Assembly: GCA_038225555.1 (NCBI GenBank)
Contig: JBBRRB010000020.1
Coordinates: 10,966 to 74,965, forward strand
Direction of reading: 5' to 3'
Length of the DNA stretch: 64,000 nt
Origin: Bryobacterales bacterium
GTDB taxonomy: Bacteria; Acidobacteriota; Terriglobia; Bryobacterales; Bryobacteraceae
Position 1 is the first letter of the stretch; every line of letters starts with the position of its first letter. Shown here in pieces: positions 36,168-45,374 of the stretch. The position numbers and the translations under genes are program-made. Under the pieces are notes generated by a model. The model was not told the DNA's origin. It made no database searches and was given only the letters and a program-made list of their open reading frames with translations.

Positions 36168-37160
36168 TCAAATACCACGTTTGAGGTATTCACCAGGGTT
36201 AGCCCCGACAACTCGCTTGAACGCCTTACTGAACGCAGCGTCGGACTCGTAACCGACCAACCGAGCAACGTCTAGGTGCTTCTTGTCACGCTGTTGTAGT
36301 AACTGCATCGCCTTCTGCATCCTCCACTCGGTCACATATTCCAGCGGCGTTTGTCCAAGTAGCTCTTTAAAACGAGCTGCGAATGCGGAGCGAGACATGC
36401 CCGCCGTTGCGGCCAGGGATCCGACCGTCCAAGGGGTATTCACACTGTCGTGAATAGCACTCAAAGCAGTGCCGATTTGCGGATCGAAGATTGCACGAAG
36501 CCATCCTTTGTTGCGCCAACCCTCTACCGACGCGATGTGCGCGCGGAGTGCCTGGATGAAAAGAACCTCGGCGAGCCGAGTTGCGACTACGTTAGATCCG
36601 GGCGCCTGTTCTTCCATTTCTGACGCCAGCGCCTGCATTGTGTTGTGAAGAGCAAGTGTGTGGGGCTGATCGGCCTTGATCAATATGAAACTCGGCAATA
36701 ACAGAGTGATCGGCTTCAGGCTGGCGCGATCGAAACGCAAGGATCCACAGACGATTGTTGTCGGCGCGCCACCACCTCCATAATGAGCGACATTGCTGTT
36801 GTCCCTGGACGCGATCTCGCGGAAACTCCTCTCCGGACGTGTTCGCAGGCTGTCGCGCATGACGATCGAAGTCCCCCGGGCCAGCAAAATGCAATCACCA
36901 CCGGTGAGGGGAATCGGCTCCGGAACCCTTTCCACACTCAACCAGCAGTTGCCGCGCGAAAGCATGGCGAAGTGCGCCAAATCCGTGGATGAAATCTTTT
37001 TGCCGGAAGACGTGACTTTTTCTTCGGTCTGTTTCTCCTGTGTCAAGCCCCACGGGGCTGTAGCTTCGAGCCTGTGCTGACCGAAAGCGGTTACGTGCAT
37101 CGTTCTGAAGATGTCTGTTATCGGATCCAATGTAGCCTCCCAATTTGGACGAATAGACAA
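36168..37160 (-). CDS. AraC-family transcriptional regulator with an N-terminal cupin-type domain
   Basis: LDPITDIFRTMHVTAFGQHRLEATAPWGL (AraC_N/cupin_6-like). C-terminal HTH: WTVGSLAATAGMSRSAFAARFKELLGQTPLEYVTEWRMQKAMQLL...VGYESDAAFSKAFKRVVGANPGEY. TTG start. Confidence 0.9.
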   Translation of the reverse strand: MSIRPNWEATLDPITDIFRTMHVTAFGQHRLEATAPWGLTQEKQTEEKVTSSGKKISSTDLAHFAMLSRGNCWLSVERVPEPIPLTGGDCILLARGTSIVMRDSLRTRPERSFREIASRDNSNVAHYGGGGAPTTIVCGSLRFDRASLKPITLLLPSFILIKADQPHTLALHNTMQALASEMEEQAPGSNVVATRLAEVLFIQALRAHIASVEGWRNKGWLRAIFDPQIGTALSAIHDSVNTPWTVGSLAATAGMSRSAFAARFKELLGQTPLEYVTEWRMQKAMQLLQQRDKKHLDVARLVGYESDAAFSKAFKRVVGANPGEYLKRGI

Positions 37161-37265
37161 AAAAATTGGACGTGCGAGCAGTTTTCGTCCACCTCCAACG
37201 GAATCTATTGCCTGGAAGTCGATTCTACTGTAGTCAACGCTACAGAACTAACGAAGGGAGTAATT

Positions 37266-38000
37266 ATGGCAAAGCTAGAGGGTAAGATTGCAGTCGTCAC
37301 GGGAGGATCGAGCGGCATGGCGCTGGCGAGCGCCATGCTGTTCGTTGAAGAAGGTGCCTACGTTTTCATCACGGGTAGGAAGCAGGAGCAGCTCGATGAG
37401 GCCGTCAAGTTGATTGGCCGGAACGTGACCGGCGTGCGCGGCGACGCGGCCAATCTCGACGACCTCGACCGCCTGTTCGATACAGTGACGCGGGAAAAGG
37501 GCAAGATCGACATCCTGTTCGCGAGCGCGGGCAGGGGCGAAGCCGTACCACTAGGCGAAATTACCGAGCAGCACTTCGATGCGACCTTCGGCCTGAATAC
37601 GCGCGGAACGCTGTTTACGGTTCAGAAGGCGTTGCCGCTGTTCAACGACGGTGGATCGATCATCATGACCGGATCAGTTGCTTCGGTGAAGGGTTTTCCT
37701 GGTTTCGGCGTGTATGCGGCGAGCAAGGCGGCCTTGCGCTCGTTCGCACGCACGTGGCTCAACGAACTGAAGGGCAGGAATATCCGGGTGAACGTGCTGG
37801 GCCCGGGGCCGATCGCCACACCGATGCAGGAAGAAGTTCTCTCCAAGGAGGCGAAGGAGATGTTCGAATCCCTGATCCCGCGGGGAAAGATGGGTCAACC
37901 TGAGGAAATCGCGACGGTCGCGCTGTTTCTTGCTTCAGACGATTCGAGCTTCGTGAATGGGGTGGAGTTGTCCGTCGACGGCGGCTTGTCGGCAATCTGA
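37266..38000 (+). CDS. Short-chain dehydrogenase/reductase (SDR)
   Basis: ATG 37266 with an AAGGGAG SD. TGGSSGMALA (TGxxxGxG), a YAASKAA catalytic YxxxK, and NVLGPGPIATPM. The track ORF starts at 37074. Confidence 0.9.
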   Translation: MAKLEGKIAVVTGGSSGMALASAMLFVEEGAYVFITGRKQEQLDEAVKLIGRNVTGVRGDAANLDDLDRLFDTVTREKGKIDILFASAGRGEAVPLGEITEQHFDATFGLNTRGTLFTVQKALPLFNDGGSIIMTGSVASVKGFPGFGVYAASKAALRSFARTWLNELKGRNIRVNVLGPGPIATPMQEEVLSKEAKEMFESLIPRGKMGQPEEIATVALFLASDDSSFVNGVELSVDGGLSAI

Positions 38001-38150
38001 ATCGGCGGATCTCGGTGAGTGGCTGACCTTCCGGGCTCCGCGAAATTCGTTCACGGCGGGAGGTCTACGCGAAGGTCGCCACACAACGGAACGTATAACC
38101 CGCGCCGTCGAAGCTGGGGAATCAATATCAACACAGATCGGAGAAACATT

Positions 38151-38744
38151 ATGAGCTATGCGATTGTAGGATTCGGCAAGATAGGCCAGGCTCTCGCCCA
38201 CGCCTTCGCCCGTAAAAACATCGAAGTAACCGTCGCGAGCCGCCGGCCGCCTGAAGCTTTGGCACCGCAGGCTCGGGCGATTGGACCGACGGTCGCCGCC
38301 AAGTCGCTGCGCGATGCACTCGAGGCCGACACAATCATCTTGGCGGTCCCGTTCGGGGAACATCGCGAGGTTGCGAAGGCCCTGCCGAGCTGGAAAGGCA
38401 AGACGGTCATCGACGCGATGAACGCGTTAGTTCCACTTGAGGAGCTGGACGGTCTCCCGTCCTCCGCCTTCACTGCGAAGTCTTTCACCGGTGCTAAGTT
38501 CGTGAAAGGCTTTAATCACCTGATTGCGGCCACCCTGGCTACCGATCCGATCGTCGAGGGGGGCCATCGGGTCGTCTTTCTCTCGAGCGACGACGAGGAC
38601 GCGATCGCTCCCGTGGCGGATTTGGCCAAACAACTCGGGTTCGCACCCGTCAATCTGGGGAAGCTAAACGAGGGTGGCGCGCTGGTGCACGCACGCGGCC
38701 GCACTTGGGGTCAGCTCGTCTTCCAGGATCTGTTCAAGAAGTAG
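38151..38744 (+). CDS. NADP-binding oxidoreductase (F420-dependent NADP reductase-like, PF03807-type)
   Basis: ATG 38151 with a GGAGAAA SD. Rossmann N-terminus MSYAIVGFGKIGQALAHAFARKNIEVTVASRR and ILAVPFGEHREV. Confidence 0.8.
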   Translation: MSYAIVGFGKIGQALAHAFARKNIEVTVASRRPPEALAPQARAIGPTVAAKSLRDALEADTIILAVPFGEHREVAKALPSWKGKTVIDAMNALVPLEELDGLPSSAFTAKSFTGAKFVKGFNHLIAATLATDPIVEGGHRVVFLSSDDEDAIAPVADLAKQLGFAPVNLGKLNEGGALVHARGRTWGQLVFQDLFKK

Positions 38745-38844
38745 CAGTAATCGATCTGCGACGTGTGATTTGGCCCGAGAAGGTTGGTCCGAAATGTCCG
38801 ATTAGATCGGACATATTTGATGTAAGGAAAAAGGAGAGATTTCG

Positions 38845-39261
38845 ATGAGCATCGAAAAGAATGTCCAGGTTGTGAAAGATTTCTTTGCAGCAATGGGCCG
38901 CCGCGATAATCAAGGTTTGCTGGCGTTGTCTGCCGAAGATATTGAGTGGATCATTCCGGGCGAGGACTGGCCGCTGGCCGGCACGCACCGCGGCCACGCG
39001 GGATTGGAGAATTTACTTCAGAAGGCTAACGAAACGGTGGAAACTTCCTTCCCAGAGCCCCCCGAGTTCATAGCGCAGGGAGACCGGATTCTGGTCGTCG
39101 GCGTCGCTACGGGGAGAATCATAGCCACGAATAAGCCGTTCAAGGACGACTGGGTCTTCGCCATCACCGTTCGAATTGGCAAGGTGGCGAAGATCCGGGA
39201 GTATATCGACACCCAAGCCCTGGCGCGGGCCTCCGAGATGGACGCGAGCCCCAGGCCCTGA
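38845..39261 (+). CDS. SnoaL-like / NTF2-fold protein
   Basis: AAAGGAGAG SD. NVQVVKDFFAAMGRRDNQGLLALSAEDIEWIIPG...WVFAITVRIGKVAKIREYIDT is a typical SnoaL_2 pattern. Confidence 0.8.
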   Translation: MSIEKNVQVVKDFFAAMGRRDNQGLLALSAEDIEWIIPGEDWPLAGTHRGHAGLENLLQKANETVETSFPEPPEFIAQGDRILVVGVATGRIIATNKPFKDDWVFAITVRIGKVAKIREYIDTQALARASEMDASPRP

Positions 39262-39295
39262 CCCATCGAGACCGATACCACATATGCAGTGACCC

Positions 39296-39518
39296 CAGGA
39301 ATATCCGGGTGAATGTGCTGAGCCCGGGGCCGATCGGCACACCGGATGCAGCACCAATGGACAAGGAGACGAGGCAGATGTTCGAATCCCTGATCCCGCG
39401 GGGAAAGATGGGTCGTCCTGAGGAAATTGCGGCGGTCGCGCTGTTTCTTGCTTCAGACGATTCGAGCTACGTGAATGGAGTGGAGTTGTCTGTCGACGAC
39501 GGCTTCTCGGCCATCTGA
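39296..39518 (+). pseudogene. 3-prime fragment of a second SDR gene (last ~74 codons), paralogous to 37775-38000
   Basis: RNIRVNVLSPGPIGTP...MFESLIPRGKMGRPEEIAAVALFLASDDSSYVNGVELSVDDGFSAI*. It aligns with the SDR C-terminus at the DNA level with scattered substitutions and one 3-nt indel. No N-terminal Rossmann part lies upstream. Confidence 0.8.
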
Positions 39519-40059
39519 AATCCGATAGGTAACCAAAAGTCGGCATGTGCACACCGATTCTGTCCGGATCACGCGTCACTCGGAGAGAGGCCGCGCCGGG
39601 TCGGAACCGATTTTTGTTTGAGAACAGCCCTTCCCAGTTGGAAAGAGGATCTCTCCCGCGAAGCGCCGTTGCAGGGACCCATTGTGTCGCTCGAAAGGTC
39701 CGTTTACAATCCGGCGGAAATCTACAGGCGACGAGCGACACGGGAGGCGGCGATTGGCGTTTCCTTCGAGGTTGAGGAGGGGCGCGCGGGAACCCGCCGT
39801 GCTGGCGCCGAAATGGACGCTTAACTCACCCCACAGATGTCGATCTCTTCTTCGGCCCGCAGTTAATTAAGACAGCGCAGTTTCTTCACGATGATCACGC
39901 CTGATAGCGTCATTCAACTCAACATGCCCGTGTACGCAGCCTGCTGGGCGTGTAGTCGATGCAAACAGAGCGGTTAACGGCTCACAACCAACTCGGTGTG
40001 ATACGCGTTTGATGTTAGGCACAAATCAGGATTGTAAGCTATTGAAACTACAGGACAAT

Positions 40060-40134
40060 TGGTAGCGCTAACGGGAATCGAACCCGTATTTAAGCCTTGA
40101 GAGGGCTCCGTCCTAACCGTTAGACGATAGCGCC
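40060..40134 (-). tRNA. tRNA-Glu: tRNA-Glu (anticodon CUC), CCA encoded
   Basis: Hand-folded. Acceptor ggcgcta/tagcgct (G1-U72). D arm gtc..gac with aacggtt. Anticodon stem gagcc/ggctt with loop cuCUCaa. T arm acggg-ttcgatt-cccgt. Discriminator A, then CCA. The TCGTCTAACGGTTAGGAC signature is typical of tRNA-Glu. Confidence 0.9.
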
Positions 40135-40182
40135 ATGCTCACTAAATTATACAGCAACATCCGCTAGTTGATCACTCACCAT

Positions 40183-42648
40183 CTATCTGATCGCAAGCGT
40201 CACCCCAGGCTGGCTCGACGCGCCCCCAATTCTCAGCACCACGGGCTGATTACCAGGCGACAGGAACCCGCTTGGGATCTTAGCGTTAATCTGTTTGAGC
40301 CCAGCAAAACCGGGGGCGTTGCCCGCGAACAGTATTTCCGCGGCATACCCGCCGATCGTGAGCGTGATCGCACCCGAGTTCGCGAGCCACCCGGTGCCGA
40401 ACAAACTGATAATCGTGCCCCTTGCGGCAGCGGTATCGGTGGAGTTGAAGGACCCGTCTTCATTGAGCGCCGCTGCCTGCCCGGTCCCTTGCCTAGCGAC
40501 GAAGAAAGCAGGAGCCGCCGTAACCACGGACACCAGAGTTTCGACCACCTGCGCGCCGTTCACCTGGATTGACAGACTTGAATTGGCACCCGGCTTGAGA
40601 TCTCCCGGAACCAGCGCATTGAGCTGCGTTGCGCCGGCATAAAACAGTGTGGCCGCCTCTCCATCGAAGAAAACCTGCGTCTGCTTGGGATCGAATCCCG
40701 ATCCGAAAATGGTGATGATCTCCTCGGGAGCGACCGGTCCGGCTGTAAGAGAGGCGGCGTTTACAAGCGATACTTGCGTGAGCGGCGCGGCGATTGTCCC
40801 CGGTGCCGGTGCTGTGAGCGTTCGAACCCGCTGATTGCCCGTATCCGAGATCAAAACGTTCCCGGAGGATTCCAGGGCCAGTCCAGAAGGCGCATTGAGC
40901 TGCGCTGCCGCTCCCGGTCCGCCATCCCCCGAAAATCCAGCGCTGCCAGTGCCAGCAATGGTGATAACGCTGCCTGTGGATCCGACCATCCGCACCCGGT
41001 GCGCGCCCGCCTCGGCTACTAACAGGTCGCCTGCAGCGGTTATGGCCAGTCCGCGCGGGTTCTTCAATCCATCGAGCACTGTGATCAGGGCGGCTCCGGG
41101 CGACATCTTCGACACACGGATGTCCTCGCTGATGAAGAGGGTTCCTGCTTGATCGAACGCGACTCCCGCCGGCTTCACCGCTTGAGTCACCGTGCTTAGT
41201 ATTCCCGCCGAGGTCAGCTTCAAGACGCGGTTGTTTCCCGTATCGGCGATGACGACAGCATCGTTCGAGTCGATAATTATTGACTCGGGGTCACTCAGCT
41301 TGTCGATCAATACGGAAATCGCCCCACCCGGAGTGATCTTGCACACTCGATTGTTACCGCTGTCGGCCACATACAGGTTGCGAACCGAGTCAAGCGCGAC
41401 ACCTCTCGGACCGTTCAATTGCGCGAGCAGGGCCACTCCGCTTGTCAGCGATGCACCTGACTCGCCGGTGCCTGCGAAGGTTGTCATTACGCCGTTGGTC
41501 GCGATTTTGCGAATGCGATGATTATCCGAATCGGCTATGTAAACATTGCCAAGATCGTCACGAGCGATACCCCATGGATTGTGCATTCGGGAGGCGTTGG
41601 CCGGGCCTCCATCGCCGCCATAATATCGCGCCGCGCCGCTGCCTGCCTTGGTCGTCACAGAGCCATCCGCGGCAATTTTCCGGACGAAGTTATTAGCGCT
41701 CAAGTACAGGTTGCCCGCCGAATCAGCGGTGACATCACGCGCTGCGATTCCAGACCCCAACGCATGCACAGTAGTTCCAAAATAGGCTGATGCGGCGATG
41801 TATAGCGTATCAGCGGAATTGACGGCGAGTCCGGTGGGCCCGATGACCGTAAAAATCGACGCGATGCCTCCCTGTGAGACTTTCCGGATGCGGTTATTGC
41901 CGCTATCGGCGATATAGAGATTGCCGCTGGAATCGATGGCAAGTCCTGCGGGGGACGATAGTTGCGCTAGTTTTGCTGTCGCGTTGTCGCCTGAGAACCC
42001 GCTCTTTCCAGTTCCGGCGACTGTAGTGAAGATGCCTGACGATCCCACCCGGTAGACTTGGTGTGCTCCGAAGTCGGACAGATACAAAGTGCCGGCGCGA
42101 TCCACGGCCACGTTGCGAGGTGCGTTCAGTTTCATGCTTAGTGCTTGCAAGCCGTCCGTGGCTGCACTCGGGACGGTGGAACCACCTCCTGCGACGGTGC
42201 TGATTTGGCCGTCGGTTGACAGTTTGCGGATCCGCGAGTTTCCCAGATCGGCGATGTACAGGTTGCCGGACAGGTCAATCGCTAACCCGTAAGGATGGTC
42301 CAACTGCGCCTTGACGCCAGGTCCGTTGTCGCCGGAAAAGCCCGCGGTTCCGGTTCCCACCACAGTCTGAATCACGCCGCTCGGCAGGATCTTGCGAACG
42401 CGGCTGTCGTCCGCATCGGCGAGATAAAGGTTGCCGTCCGCATCTATTGCTAGTCCTTCGGGTTGGCTCAGAATTGCCGAAACGGCCGCGCTCCCATCCC
42501 CCACAAATCCGGTGCCTGCCAGAGTGTCGATTATGGAACCTGGCTGGTCGGCGCCAGACAGTAGAAAACAAGTGGTTAAGAAAATAAGGCGAACTAGCAC
42601 GGGAATAGGCTCCGTGGATAGAGTGCTTTCCCGTCTAATAATTCTCAT
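40183..42648 (-). CDS. Secreted NHL-repeat beta-propeller protein with a TIGR03437-like (Solibacter C-terminal) Ig-like tandem domain
   Basis: More than 10 repeats of the type P.GLAIDADGNLYLADADDSRVRKI. The C-terminal about 210 aa (LVNAASLTAGPVAPEEIITIFGSGF...LFYAGATQLNALVP...ILFAGNAPGFAGLKQINAKIPSG) matches my recollection of TIGR03437. Confidence 0.85.
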   Translation of the reverse strand: MRIIRRESTLSTEPIPVLVRLIFLTTCFLLSGADQPGSIIDTLAGTGFVGDGSAAVSAILSQPEGLAIDADGNLYLADADDSRVRKILPSGVIQTVVGTGTAGFSGDNGPGVKAQLDHPYGLAIDLSGNLYIADLGNSRIRKLSTDGQISTVAGGGSTVPSAATDGLQALSMKLNAPRNVAVDRAGTLYLSDFGAHQVYRVGSSGIFTTVAGTGKSGFSGDNATAKLAQLSSPAGLAIDSSGNLYIADSGNNRIRKVSQGGIASIFTVIGPTGLAVNSADTLYIAASAYFGTTVHALGSGIAARDVTADSAGNLYLSANNFVRKIAADGSVTTKAGSGAARYYGGDGGPANASRMHNPWGIARDDLGNVYIADSDNHRIRKIATNGVMTTFAGTGESGASLTSGVALLAQLNGPRGVALDSVRNLYVADSGNNRVCKITPGGAISVLIDKLSDPESIIIDSNDAVVIADTGNNRVLKLTSAGILSTVTQAVKPAGVAFDQAGTLFISEDIRVSKMSPGAALITVLDGLKNPRGLAITAAGDLLVAEAGAHRVRMVGSTGSVITIAGTGSAGFSGDGGPGAAAQLNAPSGLALESSGNVLISDTGNQRVRTLTAPAPGTIAAPLTQVSLVNAASLTAGPVAPEEIITIFGSGFDPKQTQVFFDGEAATLFYAGATQLNALVPGDLKPGANSSLSIQVNGAQVVETLVSVVTAAPAFFVARQGTGQAAALNEDGSFNSTDTAAARGTIISLFGTGWLANSGAITLTIGGYAAEILFAGNAPGFAGLKQINAKIPSGFLSPGNQPVVLRIGGASSQPGVTLAIR

Positions 42649-42669
42649 TCAAAAGCCGATCAGTAGTTC

Positions 42670-44679
42670 ATGCGCCCGATGCGTCTAGTTTGGATTTTTC
42701 TTCTGCTTGGCCAACTCTTAACGGCCCAGCCCGCATTGCGGTTGAAGCCTCACCTATCTACGAGTCGCGCGCAGTCCAGCCATCAGCTTTCAAATCGGCG
42801 GCGCGGCATGACTCGCCACTTGCTTGTACGGTTTGAAAGCGGGGCCGAGCCGGCTCAACTCGCTCGATTGGCTGAACACGGCGCGCGCGTGATTCAATAC
42901 GTCCCCGACCACTCGTATATCGTTACAGCGGCTGACGATTTTACGTCCGAGGGGATCGGGCTATCTTCCATCGCTCCGATTGAGCCTGGGGAAAAGCTCA
43001 GTGCAGAATTGGCCGATGCGGGAGATTCAGCATTTGCGCTGGTTGAATTCTATCCTGACGTGGACATGGGTCAAGCGCGCGGGATCGTGCTGGATAATCT
43101 GCTCCAGATTCAGGACAATCCGGATCTCTTGGATCACCACTTGTTAGTCTCGGGAACTCAGGATGCCATCATTGCTTTGGCCCAATGGGACGAGGTCTCT
43201 TATATTTTCCCCGCTGCTCCTGAACTCGTGCAAGGGCTCGCGCTGAATGCTTGCGCAGGCGCTTTGACCGACCAGGGCCAGATCGGCCAATCGGTCGCCA
43301 GAGTCGGTTACGGATGGGGCGGACCTGGACTGAACGGAGCGGATCTTAACTATGCTTTTCAGTCGGTGACGGAGAAGATTGCAGCAGATGCAGCGAGGGC
43401 TGAAATCGTTCGGGCTTTCAATGAGTGGGCGAGGGTGGCCAAGCTGACGTTTACGCCTTCGGCGGATCTTAAGGCGAATCGGACGTTGACTGTGCTGTTT
43501 GGAAGCGGGCCTCATGGCGATCCCTATCCTTTCGATGGTCAAGGCGGAGTGCTGGCCCACACCTTCTATCCCTATCCCACCAACGCGGAGCCTATCGCAG
43601 GAGACCTCCATTTCGATGCCGATGAAAACTGGCACGTAGGTTTGGACACAGATCTGTTCAGCGTGGCTTTGCATGAAACGGGACACGCTCTTGGCCTGGG
43701 CCATTCGGATAAGCCCGGGGCAGTAATGTACCCCTACTATCGCCGGACAACAGGGCTGACCCAGGAAGATATTACTGCGATTCTGACCCTTTACTTGCCG
43801 CAGGATGCCACGTCAGGAACTACGCCAATCGTCCCGGTCCCGGCACCGCTCGCCTTGACCGTTCAGGACACTCCCGCCACCACTACCCTGGTCTCTGTCG
43901 GCCTAAGCGGGAACACTTCGGGAGGTTCCGGAAGCGTGCAGGTAAGATGGGCGTTGCAGGGCGGGGTCTCGGGCAACGCGAGCGGGTCTACTGCATGGAG
44001 TGTTGCAGGGATCCCTTTAAGCCCCGGTCTGAATACAATCCTGGTGACGGCCACCGATAGCCTGAAGGCGACGGCGAGCCGCACGCTCACGATTGTGCGC
44101 CAATTGGCGGCCCAGGCACCGCTGATGCCGCTCCTTCAAGTTACTTCGCCACTATCGAGTTCGTCGCCAACCATAACGATCTCGGGAATTGCCTCCGATG
44201 CGACGGGAATCGCTCGCGTGGCGTGGAGCTCTTCCCAAGGCCGAAGCGGACAAGCCTCGGGCACGCTCAATTGGACCATAGGGCCAATCGCTTTGAGTCC
44301 CGGACCCAACGCTCTAACCATCACTGCTTATTCACAATCCGGAACTAGCGCCAGTATGGCGATTACAATTCAGTACGCAGCTACGGCAACTCCATCGAAC
44401 GATACTACTCCGCCGTCGCTGGCCATCGTCTCGCCTTCGACGGTGACGCTCAGCACCTCATACAGTACGATCGCGTTTAGCGGGACGGCAAAGGACAACG
44501 TTGGGATTACATCAGTGACGTGGAGCACGTCAAACGGAGACAGCGGAACCTGCGCCGGGACCGACAACTGGCGTGCAGCGGCAATTCCCCTATATGTAGG
44601 CACGAATACCGTTACGATTCGAGCTCACGATGCGGCTGGAAATACGGCATGGCGGTCGGTCGTGGTAACCCGTCACTAG
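42670..44679 (+). CDS. Secreted matrixin (M10) zinc metalloprotease with three C-terminal Ig-like repeats
   Basis: HETGHALGLGHSDKPGAVMYPYY (HExxHxxGxxH plus Met-turn). Signal MRPMRLVWIFLLLGQLLTA. Three ~95-aa repeats: VRWALQGGVSGNASGSTAWSVAGIPLSPGLNTILVTA / VAWSSSQGRSGQASGTLNWTIGPIALSPGPNALTITA / VTWSTSNGDSGTCAGTDNWRAAAIPLYVGTNTVTIRA. Confidence 0.9.
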   Translation: MRPMRLVWIFLLLGQLLTAQPALRLKPHLSTSRAQSSHQLSNRRRGMTRHLLVRFESGAEPAQLARLAEHGARVIQYVPDHSYIVTAADDFTSEGIGLSSIAPIEPGEKLSAELADAGDSAFALVEFYPDVDMGQARGIVLDNLLQIQDNPDLLDHHLLVSGTQDAIIALAQWDEVSYIFPAAPELVQGLALNACAGALTDQGQIGQSVARVGYGWGGPGLNGADLNYAFQSVTEKIAADAARAEIVRAFNEWARVAKLTFTPSADLKANRTLTVLFGSGPHGDPYPFDGQGGVLAHTFYPYPTNAEPIAGDLHFDADENWHVGLDTDLFSVALHETGHALGLGHSDKPGAVMYPYYRRTTGLTQEDITAILTLYLPQDATSGTTPIVPVPAPLALTVQDTPATTTLVSVGLSGNTSGGSGSVQVRWALQGGVSGNASGSTAWSVAGIPLSPGLNTILVTATDSLKATASRTLTIVRQLAAQAPLMPLLQVTSPLSSSSPTITISGIASDATGIARVAWSSSQGRSGQASGTLNWTIGPIALSPGPNALTITAYSQSGTSASMAITIQYAATATPSNDTTPPSLAIVSPSTVTLSTSYSTIAFSGTAKDNVGITSVTWSTSNGDSGTCAGTDNWRAAAIPLYVGTNTVTIRAHDAAGNTAWRSVVVTRH

Positions 44680-45374
44680 CTTCGCCTCCTTGCTGTCACC
44701 CACCAGGAGGTCCCCAGGTAGTAAGCCGGGAACACCATCGATAGATTCACCAATGGGTTCGCTTTTTCAGGTTGGACACTCAGAATCAAGACCAGCATCA
44801 CAACCCAGAGCGCCGCAAGAATATTTGTCACCCGATTGAGGCGGCCCGGCTGGGTCGAGTAGAGGTAACACCACGGGACAAAAGTCAGCACGGCCAGGAG
44901 CAGCAGAATCCCGAGATTCACCCAAGGTGGCCACTGTAGGTAGTACAGATAAAAGGCAACAATGTTCCAATACGATGGAAACCCCAGGAAATAGCCATCG
45001 CTCGTCTTGGCATCCACTTGAGAGAATCCGTACACGCTGGCCAGCAGGGGACATAAAAGCAGAGGTTCGCAGCCCTCGGGCACAAGCCTCGACCGCCAGA
45101 TCAACAGCAGCGGCAAACATGTGTAGGTCAGAAAATCGATCAGATCGTCCAGTCGGCGGCCGTCGAATCCTGGGAGTATTTCCTTCACCCGAGCCTTCCG
45201 AGCCAACCATCCATCCACGGCATCGATCAGTGTGGCGGCGAACATGAGGGCGAAGCTCTCCCGAAATGCGTCAGCATCGCCGCGCACGATCAAGACCGCG
45301 ATAAACGCTGCTGCAACCAGACCGAGAGCGGTGAATGAGTGGACCGCCCAGGCTAGCACCTGTCCGCGTTTCAT
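44676..45374 (-). CDS. pcs: Phosphatidylcholine synthase (CDP-alcohol phosphatidyltransferase family)
   Basis: WAVHSFTALG...; IDAVDGWLARKARVKEILPGFDGRRLDDLIDFLTYTCLP (the D-G-x2-A-R...G-x3-D-x3-D motif in its Pcs-specific form); KTSDGYFLGFPSYWNIVAFYL; LTFVP. The ATG overlaps the upstream stop (ATGA at 45371-45374). Confidence 0.85.
   Translation of the reverse strand: MKRGQVLAWAVHSFTALGLVAAAFIAVLIVRGDADAFRESFALMFAATLIDAVDGWLARKARVKEILPGFDGRRLDDLIDFLTYTCLPLLLIWRSRLVPEGCEPLLLCPLLASVYGFSQVDAKTSDGYFLGFPSYWNIVAFYLYYLQWPPWVNLGILLLLAVLTFVPWCYLYSTQPGRLNRVTNILAALWVVMLVLILSVQPEKANPLVNLSMVFPAYYLGTSWWVTARRRS

Noticed and set aside
39013-39741. 242-aa minus ORF
   Set aside because: It is antisense to the SnoaL-like gene and the SDR fragment. 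It repeats the same antisense peptide (HSRSSNRLKQETARP) seen in 37759..37995, which merely reflects the SDR duplication.
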